DNA of 64,000 nucleotides from Batkoa obscura (Eukaryota): NCBI GenBank assembly GCA_030770535.1, contig JASVEC010000028.1, positions 62,001 to 126,000 of the forward strand, read 5' to 3'. Shown piece by piece: positions 1 to 11,092 of this stretch (position 1 is its first letter; each line of letters starts with the position of its first letter). The notes under the pieces were generated by a model. It saw only the letters and a program-made list of their open reading frames with translations, ran no database searches and was not told where the DNA came from. The position numbers and the translations under genes were made by a program.

Positions 1-1
1 T

Positions 2-1102
2 TCTCTGAATGAAGTTTCAAAACATTTTCTTAAGGAGACTAAGTATGATTTGTCTTATAAACAGATGTTTAAACTATATGAACGGAATAGTTTTGATGAA
101 ATAGAAAAATGTTGTTTACAAGATACACAATTAGTCATAAATCTTTTTAATAAGATGAATATTTGGATTGGTCTTTGTGAACTTTCTGAGTTAACATATA
201 CACCTATTAAGGAATTATATACAAGAGATCAGACATATAGGTTAAAAAATATGTACTATTATGAGTTTATAAAAAGAAATTATGCGTTTGACTATAATGG
301 TTCTAAAATAAATTATGATAAAAGACAATGGGCATATAAAATTTTAATAAACTCTATATACGGTGCTTTTGGAGCTAGGGGAGTTTTATATAAACTAGAT
401 ATTGCACAACTAATTATAAGGGTTGGTAGAGAGAATCTTATAATTTCAAAACAAGTTATAGAATCATATGATGGTTTCTTAGTGTTCTATGGAGATACAG
501 ATCCTTGTATGGTAAAATATGAATTTAGTATATATATAGTTCCTAAGATAATAGAAGATGTTTGTTCCAAAACAGAGATATTCTTGGAAATGGAAAACGA
601 GTTCAAAACTTTTCTACTGGTATCTAAGAAAAAATATATTGCTAAAAAAGACGACAATACCATTTATAACAGAGGATTGAGTGTTCAAAGATTATTTTGT
701 AAATTTATTAAAGAATTACTAAAACAAGTTTACATAATGATTTTAGACAATAAAGGTCCCAGAAAGTATATAAAAGAACAGATCAAACAATTATTAGCTG
801 GAAATATTGACAACGATAGATTGATAATGAAAACAAATCTTAAAGAAGAATATAATAATGTTTGTGCTAATAGTATATTTCGAAATAATATAAAGTCTGA
901 ATTCAATGAATCATTTGGAGCAGTTGAATATTATTACAGTTATCCTAGAGTAGAAGATTTTATCAAAGATCATAATTGTAAAGATAAAATGGGGTATTGT
1001 TATTCTTTGGAACCAGATAACATAGGCTGCATACTATACCTTAGACAGTTGAAACAGATAGATACAGTACTAAATATAATATATAAAGAAATTATAATAT
1101 AA
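2..1102 (+). pseudogene. polB: Family B DNA polymerase (delta-like/viral type), 5' part outside the window, internally deleted
   Basis: Frame open from nt 2 (SLNEVSKHFLKETKYDL); ExoIII-like CCLQDTQLV; motif B KILINSIYGAFG; motif C YGDTDP (S>P); KKKY; RGLSVQR. Motif A (DxxSLYPS) is absent between ...KINY and DKRQWAYK. Confidence 0.85.
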
Positions 1103-1126
1103 AAATATACGAAAGCCAAAAAGAAT

Positions 1127-1327
1127 TTGAGAGAAATAAATGTAAAAACATATATGAATGGTGAAGGATATATATTTTTAGAAACTCCAGAATATGTTAC
1201 AGATGGAATAGGTCTTATTAATGGATATATGAAAATAGATCATAAAAATATATTAATAAGAGAATGGATAAAGAATAAATATAATAAGAGTAATCCACTT
1301 CACAAATCTATGATAAAATACATTTGA
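1127..1327 (+). CDS. Hypothetical ORF remnant in the virus-like block
   Basis: 66-aa intronless ORF directly after polB; no recognisable motif. Confidence 0.3.
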   Translation: MREINVKTYMNGEGYIFLETPEYVTDGIGLINGYMKIDHKNILIREWIKNKYNKSNPLHKSMIKYI

Positions 1328-1502
1328 ATACATTAAATCTAATAACAATAACTATATACTCTTTATATATATATATTATTAACAAAAAGCTATTATATAT
1401 ATAAAAATATTATGATAGTTCTTTAAAAAAAATATTTTTCTTTTTAGAATATTATAACAATACAAAAATTTTAATATTTATTGAGTTGATTATATTAGAA
1501 CT

Positions 1503-2480
1503 ATAAAAATATTATTATTGTTTGCTTTATCACCTCTAGTTAGTTGTGAAGATATTATCCTCCAACCTTCTGCTATTTCATATATTACTCCTCAGGTAAA
1601 TTCTAGATCGGCTGTTGATACAATGGATTGGTTTTATGACAAACATGCCTTTGAAACTGTTAGTAAAGCAGATCCAAAATTACCGGAAAGAAATTTATCC
1701 CGTAGATTTGATATCTATGACTTTGAAAAAGAAATTACTGATATAGAAAACAGTATTAAAAGTGCTTTCTATCCATCGATTCTAACCGATGGAATAACAT
1801 TATTAACTACTAAAACAGATAATGCTAATGACAGTGCTAATTTCGGAGCATTAGTTGGAACAATGGATTATTAGAAAGCACAAAAAGCAACGGTTTATTC
1901 TAAAGTAGATAATATTTATGAGAACACCAGAGCAATGTTTGATAAAGAATCTAATGGTAACGCAAAGTTTCAAAGAGATATTGGAAAAGGTCCTAAGTTG
2001 GAAATATTAAGTGTAGCTCCAGTTGTTCATAATTATGTATTAAAAATAAGAGACATATGTATTTCTGGTAAAGATTCTAGACTTCCATCTTCTGAAGTGT
2101 ACTGCACTAATAAAGAGTTGATAAAGAAATGTCATAACTTATGTAGTAAATTCGGTGCTAGAACCAATGATATGAAACACCTTGACAGTTATAATCTTGA
2201 ACTATCCTTAAACAATAGTTATAGTACTTTATTATCGTTTGCAGATTTAGTACACTCTTCATTTTCATTTTGGGCTTTACGTATAGGTGAATAGAAAAAG
2301 ATTAATGACAGTTTTGAATATAAGTGGAATGTTACACATAACTACTGCGATAGTATTTGGATTACTTCACAAAACATGAACAACAATAGACTTTATCATT
2401 CCAAGCAATTTAACGAATTCTATTTTGGAAATGCACCTTCATTATGTTATAAACAAATAGCATTGTCCAATAAGTTCTAA
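1503..2480 (+). pseudogene. Secreted protein (~325 codons) with ATG>ATA start and two in-frame TAG stops
   Basis: Track ORFs 1518-1874 and 1935-2294 and the 2295-2480 segment share one frame. N-terminus (M)KILLLFALSPLVSC/EDII reads as a signal peptide. TAG at 1872-1874 and 2292-2294. Confidence 0.7.
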
Positions 2481-2519
2481 AAAGATATAAAAAAATTTTA
2501 TCTTTTTCTGAAAATCAAT

Positions 2520-3113
2520 ATGAAGCTTTGGATATTTTGTTTACCGCTCGTATATTGTCAGCTTCGAGAAGAGGCAAAATTTGCGTTTAAAATCAATCTT
2601 CCTCAAGATGTTGTTCAAAACGTTCAGCTTCAATGTTTAAATGCTAACACAGGAAAGATGAATAAATGTGATATTGTTAGAAAATCGTATATGTCCTTTG
2701 TATATGCTCCAAGGTTTACTTGTTTTTGCTTAACGGACTCTTCATTAGCATTGAGAAAACAGACCCATGAAAATTATGTCAAAGCATTTTCAGCTTTTTC
2801 AGACAGCAGATATATTGTGAGTGCATTTAGTCTCAAATGAAAATTTTTAAACACTAAAGATTATTATTCTTCAGTAATATTATGTTTTGACGGAGAGACT
2901 ACTTATAAAAGGGCTTTAGATATGTTATCATATGTACAGTCTGTAACACATTATCAATTGAAAGGAAATCTTGATTTTGGGTTGGGTAATTTAGATAGAG
3001 ATATATATGTAAGGAATTTAGAAACAAAGGTATTTGCAAGCGATTTTAATATATACAATTTACATGGTTTAAACAATACTGAAATAGGAGCTGTAGAAAT
3101 AACTTCTATGTAA
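2520..3113 (+). pseudogene. Secreted Cys-containing protein interrupted by an in-frame TGA
   Basis: ORFs 2520-2840 and 2922-3113 are in one frame, separated only by TGA at 2838-2840. Signal peptide MKLWIFCLPLVYC/Q. Frame may have run on to 3153. Confidence 0.65.
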
Positions 3114-3185
3114 TTTGGTAGTTGTCATCTAAATATATATATATAACATTGTAATTCTTAAAAAAAAAATTTTTTTTTAGAAATT

Positions 3186-3919
3186 CTAACTCACTGGTTG
3201 AAGTCTTGGTGGTAAAGGGTTAGGCTGAGGATTTCTACTTGCTTGCATGGAATCAAGATAAGGTGAACACATAGCATTGGTAGCATCAGCCTTAACCACA
3301 AACTCATAGGGAGACTCTTCGCATTGATTATTGGGATACACTGTTTCAACTAGATATCTAAGTGCTCCAGAAAAACTTCCCATCATAATTCCCTGTAAAT
3401 CATTATCTCTAATAGGTACACAGTTGCTATAAATTCTCCAGCTGCCTTCATTGGTGGATGCAAACGGATATTCATCACAAGACCTCTGTAACCCACCAGC
3501 TTTTATGTTAGGAAATTGATAACAATATGATTTTGCTGGTTGATTAATGTTTGAGAGGTGTCACAAACTAATGGAGCTCTATAACAAGTTTTATTCCTAT
3601 TTAGTTTAACCTGAAGATAAGTTCTTCCATTACTAGAGTCTGTTAATGGAAGAATATTATTATGAAAATTTAAAACACTGGGAGCTCCCATGTTGAATGC
3701 GTTTAATATATTACAGCTAATATATGGAAATTCATTATGGAAATACCATAATACTGGTCTATTATTTGCATCAACGTTTTTTATTTGAGAATGACTAATG
3801 CTATTATAACTATAGTTTATAGTAAATGGTCTAAACACTCCAGCGGCTCTACAGGTATAATTTTCACAATATACTAACGAAATATATAAACTGCAATAAA
3901 TAATATAATACAACAACAT
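3186..3919 (-). pseudogene. Secreted NucA/NucB-family deoxyribonuclease, frameshifted
   Basis: Signal peptide MLLYYIIYCSLYISLVYC/E, then FPYISCNILNAFNMGAPSVL and NRNKTC. After a frameshift at ~3520-3560 the second frame reads GGLQRSCDEYPFASTNEGSW...CVPIRDNDLQG, the family's CDEYPFAST-EG...N-x-x-QG signature. Confidence 0.8.
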
Positions 3920-4015
3920 AGCAACGAATATAAAGATATGTTTATTCTAAAAATAAAAATAAATTTTTTTTTATCATATATGATCATAATGCCAATATGG
4001 GTATTTTTAAGTAGC

Positions 4016-4408
4016 TTATTCCAATAGATGAAATGGTATAGGAATGATATCTTCAGCATATGTTACTCCATCAATAAGTTCTTCAAAAAACATATTACCC
4101 ATCTCTAAATTGCAGCTAATACTATATGCATTTTCCAAATATGTTCTAAAACAGATATAATATTCAACCGGATGGTCAACTACATAAATTACCTTTATCT
4201 TGTGATCTTCAAACGATAATTTATCAATGATAAATAATACAGCTTTATTGATAGGACCTTTATCTTCATCAATAGCATTATTATAATCTACTATTTCTTC
4301 ATTGGTAGCATTTAACATATTTATATAACGAAACATAGGTTTGTCTATATGGTTAAGATCGAAACCATCCTTATGGGGCTTGTATGTAAAATAAACTTGT
4401 AAACTCAT
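4016..4408 (-). CDS. Hypothetical acidic protein, 130 aa, intronless
   Basis: Intact ORF preceded by the block's TAGAA motif; no recognised domain. Confidence 0.5.
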   Translation of the reverse strand: MSLQVYFTYKPHKDGFDLNHIDKPMFRYINMLNATNEEIVDYNNAIDEDKGPINKAVLFIIDKLSFEDHKIKVIYVVDHPVEYYICFRTYLENAYSISCNLEMGNMFFEELIDGVTYAEDIIPIPFHLLE

Positions 4409-4532
4409 TATTTTTATTCTAGATTAAAAAACAAAAATTAACTCTTCATATCAATGCTAATATACTTTTAATTGGTTAATTGCTATTGCAATACAGACTA
4501 ATATTGGGTGATATCAAATAAAAAATAAAGTC

Positions 4533-4625
4533 GTGGTGTTTTTTGGTTTCATCACTTTTTCCATTTTTAAGTGGTATTTGAGTGGAAAAGCTATCAGTAG
4601 AATCCTTAAATAAGAATATATCCAC
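4533..4625 (-). mobile_element. MITE copy 1 (diverged)
   Basis: Matches the ~97-bp family GGGGATGTATTTT...AAGAATTTTACTAA...TTTCC...AAATAGCGCTTAAAA...GGAAAAAGTGATGAAACCAAAAAAACACCCC in reverse orientation. Confidence 0.8.
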
Positions 4626-5407
4626 AAATGTTGCCCTAAATCTATCATTTAAAAATGGTCGAAATTTAATGATCCCATAAGGAAAATGCTCAGTAAAAAT
4701 TTGCTTCCCTAAAAAAAACCAAAAACATATATATTAACTGGATTAGGTTGCACTAATCTATAACTACTGCTTATGGTAGAGTTGATCTCAAGAAGGGTAA
4801 TATTGGTATTTATAAAGTTTATAAACGGTAATTTATCAGTCTTAAGGAGCATGGTGTAGGCATGGTCATTATAACGTAAGTTTAAATAACCAGGTCTTTA
4901 ATGAGATAGGTACTGCATGAGGCTGGCAACAGAGCAATGAAAACTATCCACACTTTAGCAGTCTTAAGATAGCTGATTTAGAGCTTTGAGTGTTATGAAT
5001 GATATAAACCTTACGTTATTCAACTTGAAATTTTTGTCTTTTTTTATTTATACATGAGATTTAATTTCTAGTGTTAAATAAAACAATTTTAAAAAATATT
5101 ATAGCGAATACTATAACTGGATATTATTTTTTAAAATTACTATCATAAATATATAACAAAAATATTTTATTAATGGCTAGTGTTGATATAGATTTATTTG
5201 TTTATACAAAGTAAAATCATATTAATTAATTTTTTTGCAACTTCATTTACAATCTATGAAATAATACTTTGATAATGATTTTCAGTGCTAATATAATTTA
5301 TTTCAAAAAGTAAAATTATTAAAAGTTGTTATTTGAAATAATAAATAGTTATCAATGATCAACTAAACAACTTTATTAGAAACCAATATTTTATTTAAAA
5401 TAATTAA

Positions 5408-5938
5408 TTAATTACTAAGGAATAACAAACCAAAAGCAGCTAAAGCAAGAGGAGAATAATAGAAAGCTACAGCATTTGAGGAAGGTTTTGAACTTGAAGT
5501 ACCTTTCGAATCTTCTTTAGCATTATCCATTCTAGCTTCATAAACCTTAGTACCACACATGAACTTACAAGTTTCATCATTATTACATTTTTTAGTACAA
5601 TTATAAGTTTCTTCAATCACTTTTTCAGAAACTGAAGTACATTCGGCCGCTTTTTTATGATCCGATTTACCTTCTTCGAGACATCTTTTAAGTAATGCAA
5701 TTTCTTTTAAATCTAATTTTTGAGGAAAAATGGTTTTAACACAGGTTTGTTTACATACTTCATCTTTACATGAACTGGCACATTTAGCTATTTCGGCTAA
5801 AACGGGTTTGGATTTTTCTTCCCCTAATTTGGTACAGATACCCTTGAGATCACTACCAACAATATCACATGTTAAATCGGTGGTAGCAGCTAAAGTTAAA
5901 GTAGAAAGTAAAAGAGTAGAGATAATGGTAAGTTTCAT
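5408..5938 (-). CDS. Secreted, probably GPI-anchored 12-Cys protein (paralogue of 44543-45037)
   Basis: Signal peptide, DLTC, two CxxxC-x4/5-CxxxC motifs, Ser-rich linker and hydrophobic C-terminus; intronless. Confidence 0.8.
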   Translation of the reverse strand: MKLTIISTLLLSTLTLAATTDLTCDIVGSDLKGICTKLGEEKSKPVLAEIAKCASSCKDEVCKQTCVKTIFPQKLDLKEIALLKRCLEEGKSDHKKAAECTSVSEKVIEETYNCTKKCNNDETCKFMCGTKVYEARMDNAKEDSKGTSSSKPSSNAVAFYYSPLALAAFGLLFLSN

Positions 5939-7073
5939 ATTTTATCAAATAAATTATTAATTAAAAATAAAATTTTAAATGGAATAAACTATGGATGGTT
6001 TATATACTTTTTTTTTCTCACGGTAATTAATTAATCTAAGTACGCTTACTAAATTTATACAAAAGGGGGACTAATTAAAAAAGTTCACAGTGGTAACAAG
6101 GTTCATAATCATTAAGAACTATTATATTATCAAATCATACATGATATTTTTAATTGAATTTAAATATTTCATTGCAATTTGATGGGAAAATTATAATTTA
6201 TTATTCGTTTTGTATTTTTTTTAATTACATTTAAACAATGGTTGTATTAACGTATTTATTGTGGATTAATTGCAACTATTTATAAATTAATGATAGCAAC
6301 AATAGTACTATTAATGTTTATTATATTGTTGTAAACATAGAATAGATCTTGTCTAATAAAAAGTCTTAATATTTGTAAAGTTAGATTAAAAAATATTTTC
6401 AAAGAAATTATAAAATAATTATTGAATTAGTATTGAATATACAGATAACTCAAATTCAATTACATTGTTCTATTCATAATTTAATACTATAAAGCCAATA
6501 AGTTTTTATCCTCTTCAAGTTTTATAAAGAAACATTTATAAATTTTATTTAATCACATCGATGGTGACAGTAACATCATTGATGAATAGATATAAAAACT
6601 AACCCTTATTTCCTATCAATGATTATATTAAAAAATTATAAAAATCTAATAAAATCCTAAATAAAAAAGACTATAAAAGGAATTTTATTTATAAAATAAA
6701 CAAAATAATTCTTTTTAACAGTAGCTATAAATATAAATTAACTTTACATTAAGACACATTACCAAAGCTATACTTTAAAAATAAATAATATATAAAAATG
6801 TCTGAATTAGTTTTATTTTTTTATTTAATTTTTAAATTATGAATAAAGTAGCCAATAAAATGGTATTAAAATAAAACTTAATTTTTTATTAAAAAGCAAA
6901 AATACCTAATAATTTTATAAAATATAATTTAAATAATATATTATAAAAATTTTGTTTAATAAAATTATACTATTAAAAAATTTATAATTAATGTTTATTT
7001 TTTAGTTTTTGATCTAATTTTTAAATAACTATATCAAATTTTGTTTATACTAAATCTAAAACTTTTATATTTA

Positions 7074-7167
7074 GTGGTGTTTTTTTTTGTTTAAGAATTT
7101 TACTAACAGTCTTTCCGTTCAAATAGCGCTTAAAAGATGGAAAAAGTGAAGTCAAAAAAAACACCCC
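7074..7167 (+). mobile_element. MITE copy 2
   Basis: Family consensus; left arm of a perfect inverted repeat. Confidence 0.85.
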
Positions 7168-7372
7168 ATTTATTAAAAAAATATATTAAAATTATAACAA
7201 ACTTAATCAAAAAATATATAAAATTAATGTTAAAGAATAAAAAATAACATTATTAATTATAATTTTAATATATTTTTTTAATAAATGGGGTGTTTTTTTT
7301 GACTTCACTTTTTCCATCTTTTAAGCGCTATTTGAACGGAAAGACTGTTAGTAAAATTCTTAAACAAAAAAA
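7082..7372. repeat. Perfect ~116-bp inverted repeat (7082-7197 / 7257-7372), 59-bp spacer
   Basis: The arms are exact reverse complements, including ~30 bp beyond the MITE terminus. Confidence 0.9.
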
Positions 7373-7381
7373 TACATCCAC
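7287..7381 (-). mobile_element. MITE copy 3
   Basis: Family consensus in reverse orientation; right arm of the inverted repeat. Confidence 0.85.
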
Positions 7382-7976
7382 ATATACATATTTTTATTTT
7401 ATTTTATTATAAAATGTTATAAATTTTAAGTTATTACAAATAATTATCAAAATTAATATAAATAAATTATAATGTTTGTATTAAATGTTTTTTTTATTAT
7501 ATTAAAGTTTAATTATAAAAACTTGCATTTTGTTTTTATTCTAATAAAAAATAATAAAATACATATATATAATATATCTATTAAATGTTTAATAAAAATA
7601 ATATAGAGCATATAATTAAAAAAATCAATTATTCAAAAAAATAAGATAACTAAAAGAAGCTTTTTAAATATAATTAATCATATGTTAAAAACTTATAAAT
7701 CCAAAAACTCAAATTTAAATTAATTTTAACATCTTTATATATTATTTTAGTTGTTTAATTTTAAGTTATTTAATTTTGAGCTATTTATATTTAAACAGTT
7801 ATATAGAATAAATAATTTTTTAATGTTTTTAAAAATATAAAATAGGCTAATAATTCAAACCTAAAGTTAAAACTTGCATTTGATTGGTGTAAAATTATAA
7901 TCAAAATGATTACGTTTTTACGCTTTATTTAACATTATCTTTTGACATTTTTTATTAGAAGTTAAAAAATAATACA

Positions 7977-9908
7977 ATGAAAGGTAAATATAACATTTAA
8001 TAGATCATAAAATAACATTAAAAGTTGAATGTTAAATCTTAATCTTATAGTAAACGTTAAATGGAATACCAACAAATATGAAATGGATCTTGATTTACAA
8101 GATTCCGTTCCTACTTTTAAAGCTCAATTGTACTCAGTTACTGGTGTTGAACCAGATAGACAAAAGTTATTATCCGGTGGTAAATTTTTGAAAGTAGGCA
8201 TTGAAAAAAACCTTGTATATTTCTACTTATTATTTACTTTATTAGGATGAAACTGATTTAAGTACAATGAAACTTAAAGAGGTAAAGTTTTAATTTAAAT
8301 TTAAATTTAAAGTTTAATTTTTTTTATTTAGGGACAATTAATCACAGTAAATATGAATTAATAATATCAAAACAATAATCTAAGTTTATTTTAAAAAAGT
8401 TAATGGGTTCTGTAGGCGAAATAAATACAGCACCAAAAGAAAAAGTGACCTTTATTGAGGATATGACTGAATCAGAGATAACTGAAGCTGTAAAAAAAAT
8501 CTCATTTATTTGATATTATAAATTTTAATCGTACTATAGTTAAAACTACCTGTAGGTTTAATCAATTTAGGAAATACTTGCTATATGGTAATTTATAATT
8601 GGGTATTATAATAGAATTAATTAATAAATAGAATGCTTCACTTCAAATATTGAAATCAATTCCTGAACTTGAAACTAGCTTACAAGAGTAAATATATAAT
8701 TTAATAATATACAATAAGTATATACTAGACAATATTTAATAGTTATCAAGGACATCAAAGTAAAGATAGTGATCCACAAGGAAATATGGTTAATAGTTTA
8801 AAAGGATTATTTAAAGAATTAAAAAACTCAGGTTCAGTTTATCCACCATTTATATTTTTACAAGTAAATTAAACTTATAGCATTTATAAATATAATATAA
8901 TAATTTATTTATTTATAGTCTTTACGTCAAGCCTTTCCAAAGTTTAGTCAACAAGAAGGGAGAGGTAATTATTCACAACAAGATGCAGAAGAATGTTGGT
9001 CCTCAATACTTACCAGTTTACAAAATAAATTAAATGATACAAATGGGAATTCATTTGTTAATAATTATTTTGGTGGAAAATTTAAAACTAAAATGAATAG
9101 TGAAGAAGCACCCGAAGAAGAAGCAACAATTGGAGAAGAGACTTTTTTTAAACTAGATTGTCATATTACTAAAGAAGTGAATCACTTAACTGTTGGTTTA
9201 GGTGATAATTTTATTAATGAAATTGAAAAAAACTCCCCAAGTTTAAATCGAATGGCTAAATATAAAAAAGAATTTAAAATTGATCGTTTACCTACTTATT
9301 TACCGATTAATTATGTTAGATTCTTTTGGAAACCAGCTGAAAGAATTAAAGCTAAAATATTAAAAGTAAGCTATAATAATAATAATAATATATAATATAT
9401 AATATATAATATATAATATATAATATGATATAATATTTATACTAATATTTTATTTCTTATATTTTATTTTATATAGAAAGTTAAATTTCCAATGGAATTA
9501 GATCTTTATTCTTATTGTACTAAAGAATTACAAACTAAATTGGATTTAGCTCGTAATAAAATTGAACAAATTGATGAAGAAGAACGTAATAAAAAAGTGA
9601 AACTTGAAAAAGAAGAACAACCTAGAGATTATAATAAAGAAATTTACGAAGTAGCAGACAATGAATTAAAAAAAGATATGGGCGCTAATTATACTGGTTA
9701 TTATCAATTACATGGGGTATTAACTCATACTGGTAGATCAGCTGATTCGGGTCATTATATTGCTTGGGTAAGACAAAATAAAAAAGAATGGGTTAAATTT
9801 GATGATGATAAAGTTACAATTGTGGATGAACAAGCTATTTTAAAATTAGATGGCGGAGGTGATTGGCACATGGCTTATATTTTATTATATTCTTCTAAGC
9901 AGTTTTGA
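7977..9908 (+). CDS. UBP6: Proteasome-associated deubiquitinase Ubp6/USP14 (multi-exon)
   Basis: N-terminal UBL (FKAQLYSVTGVEPDRQK), Cys box GLINLGNTCYM/NA, QQDAEECW, His box THTGRSADSGHY, GGGDWHMAYILLY. Confidence 0.95.
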
Positions 9909-9954
9909 TTTGAAATAAAATTTAAAGATTTAATATAACTCAGTTTCATTATAT

Positions 9955-10053
9955 GGGGATGTATTTCTGTATTTAAGAATTTTACTAACAATTTTTCCAC
10001 TTAAATAACGCTTAAAAGATAGAAAAAATAATGAAACCAAAAAAAACATCCTC
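9955..10053 (+). mobile_element. MITE copy 4, TSD ATAT
   Basis: Family consensus; ATAT on both flanks. Confidence 0.85.
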
Positions 10054-10164
10054 ATATTTTATAATTTTAATTTTAAAAAAATTAGAAGGTTAAACAAAAA
10101 GAATTTATTTTTGAGACAAAATAAAGAATGATTTTTAACTTTAAATATTTATTTTAAAATCATT

Positions 10165-10986
10165 ATGAGTTTTAATAATTATTTTGATGAAGATGAATTT
10201 TTAGCTGAAGAACAAGTAACTTTTATATTTAAAGTTAATCAATACATAACATTAATTTAAATCAAATTAAATTAATTAGTTAACACCATGTAAATTTAAT
10301 CAAGATGTAGATAATATAAGTCATTTAATCGGTACTCAAGATTTAATAGTAATTTCAATAAATAATAATACGTAATCTATAAATAATTGATCATATACTC
10401 TATTTTAGATTCATAAAGATAGTGAGTTAAGTATACCATATTGGGGAGCAGAACAACTTAAATTAGAGTAAAATTATTGTTGAGTATAAATATTAATAAA
10501 TATAAAAATAATAGAGGATATACAGAAACTGAATTACCCATAGGATATCAATTAAAAATAAGAAATGGAGTATTAGCTAGTCCAACAAATATTGATTTAT
10601 CAAGTATTAATTCCCAATTTTATTATTTTGGTCGAATGGTAGCACATGGGTAAGTAATAATATAATATAATATATTGGTACTATTTTTATTATTTATACA
10701 AAAAATAGTTTGGATGAAGTTACAAAATATGAAATGATTGAATATTTAAATTATGTATTTATACAACGATTAACAATGATTGTAGATCATTCAACAACAA
10801 GAAGTAATTTAGACCAACAGGCTCATGCTTTCTTAAATCAATTAGATGAGTTTGAAAAAGAAGGTAAACATTATTTATTTATAAAATATGGTTATTGATA
10901 TTAATATTGTTTTTGATTATTTAGTTTATAAACAAGCACAAAGAAAAAATAAAGAATACTTAATTTGGTTAACAAAAAAAGATTAA
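10165..10986 (+). CDS. PSF3: GINS complex subunit Psf3 (multi-exon)
   Basis: MSFNNYFDEDEFLAEEQ/LTPCKF, IPYWGA, ASPTNIDL...FYYFG, FLNQLDEFEKE; GT-AG introns. Confidence 0.8.
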
Positions 10987-11092
10987 ATACAAAATAAATA
11001 AATAAATAATAATGTCATTTTATTTTATTAAATTATTATGTTATTTATTTAATTTTTATTTAACATTATAATAATTAATCGAAACTCTCCTT

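Larger units (their letters stand above)
1..4430. mobile_element. Putative endogenous large-DNA-virus-like element (right end; continues left of the window)
   Basis: Tightly packed intronless ORFs in an otherwise intron-rich genome, a divergent RNA-primed PolB, several disabling stops/frameshift, and a shared intergenic A-tract/T-tract/TAGAA motif. Right boundary uncertain (4430 to ~5050). Confidence 0.7.

Noticed and set aside
2..1102. Polinton/Maverick or linear killer-plasmid polymerase
   Set aside because: Motifs and spacing match RNA-primed (delta-like) PolB; no protein-primed TPR insertions, integrase or terminal inverted repeat visible.
1503..3113. Stop-codon reassignment or readthrough in the virus-like ORFs
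   Set aside because: Interruptions involve both TAG and TGA, a lost ATG, a frameshift in the neighbour and a deleted PolB; TAG also ends the nuclease ORF normally. Decay is the simpler explanation.
3500..3570. Programmed ribosomal frameshift in the nuclease gene
   Set aside because: No X XXY YYZ slippery heptamer or obvious stimulatory structure in the overlap; neighbouring genes are also disabled.
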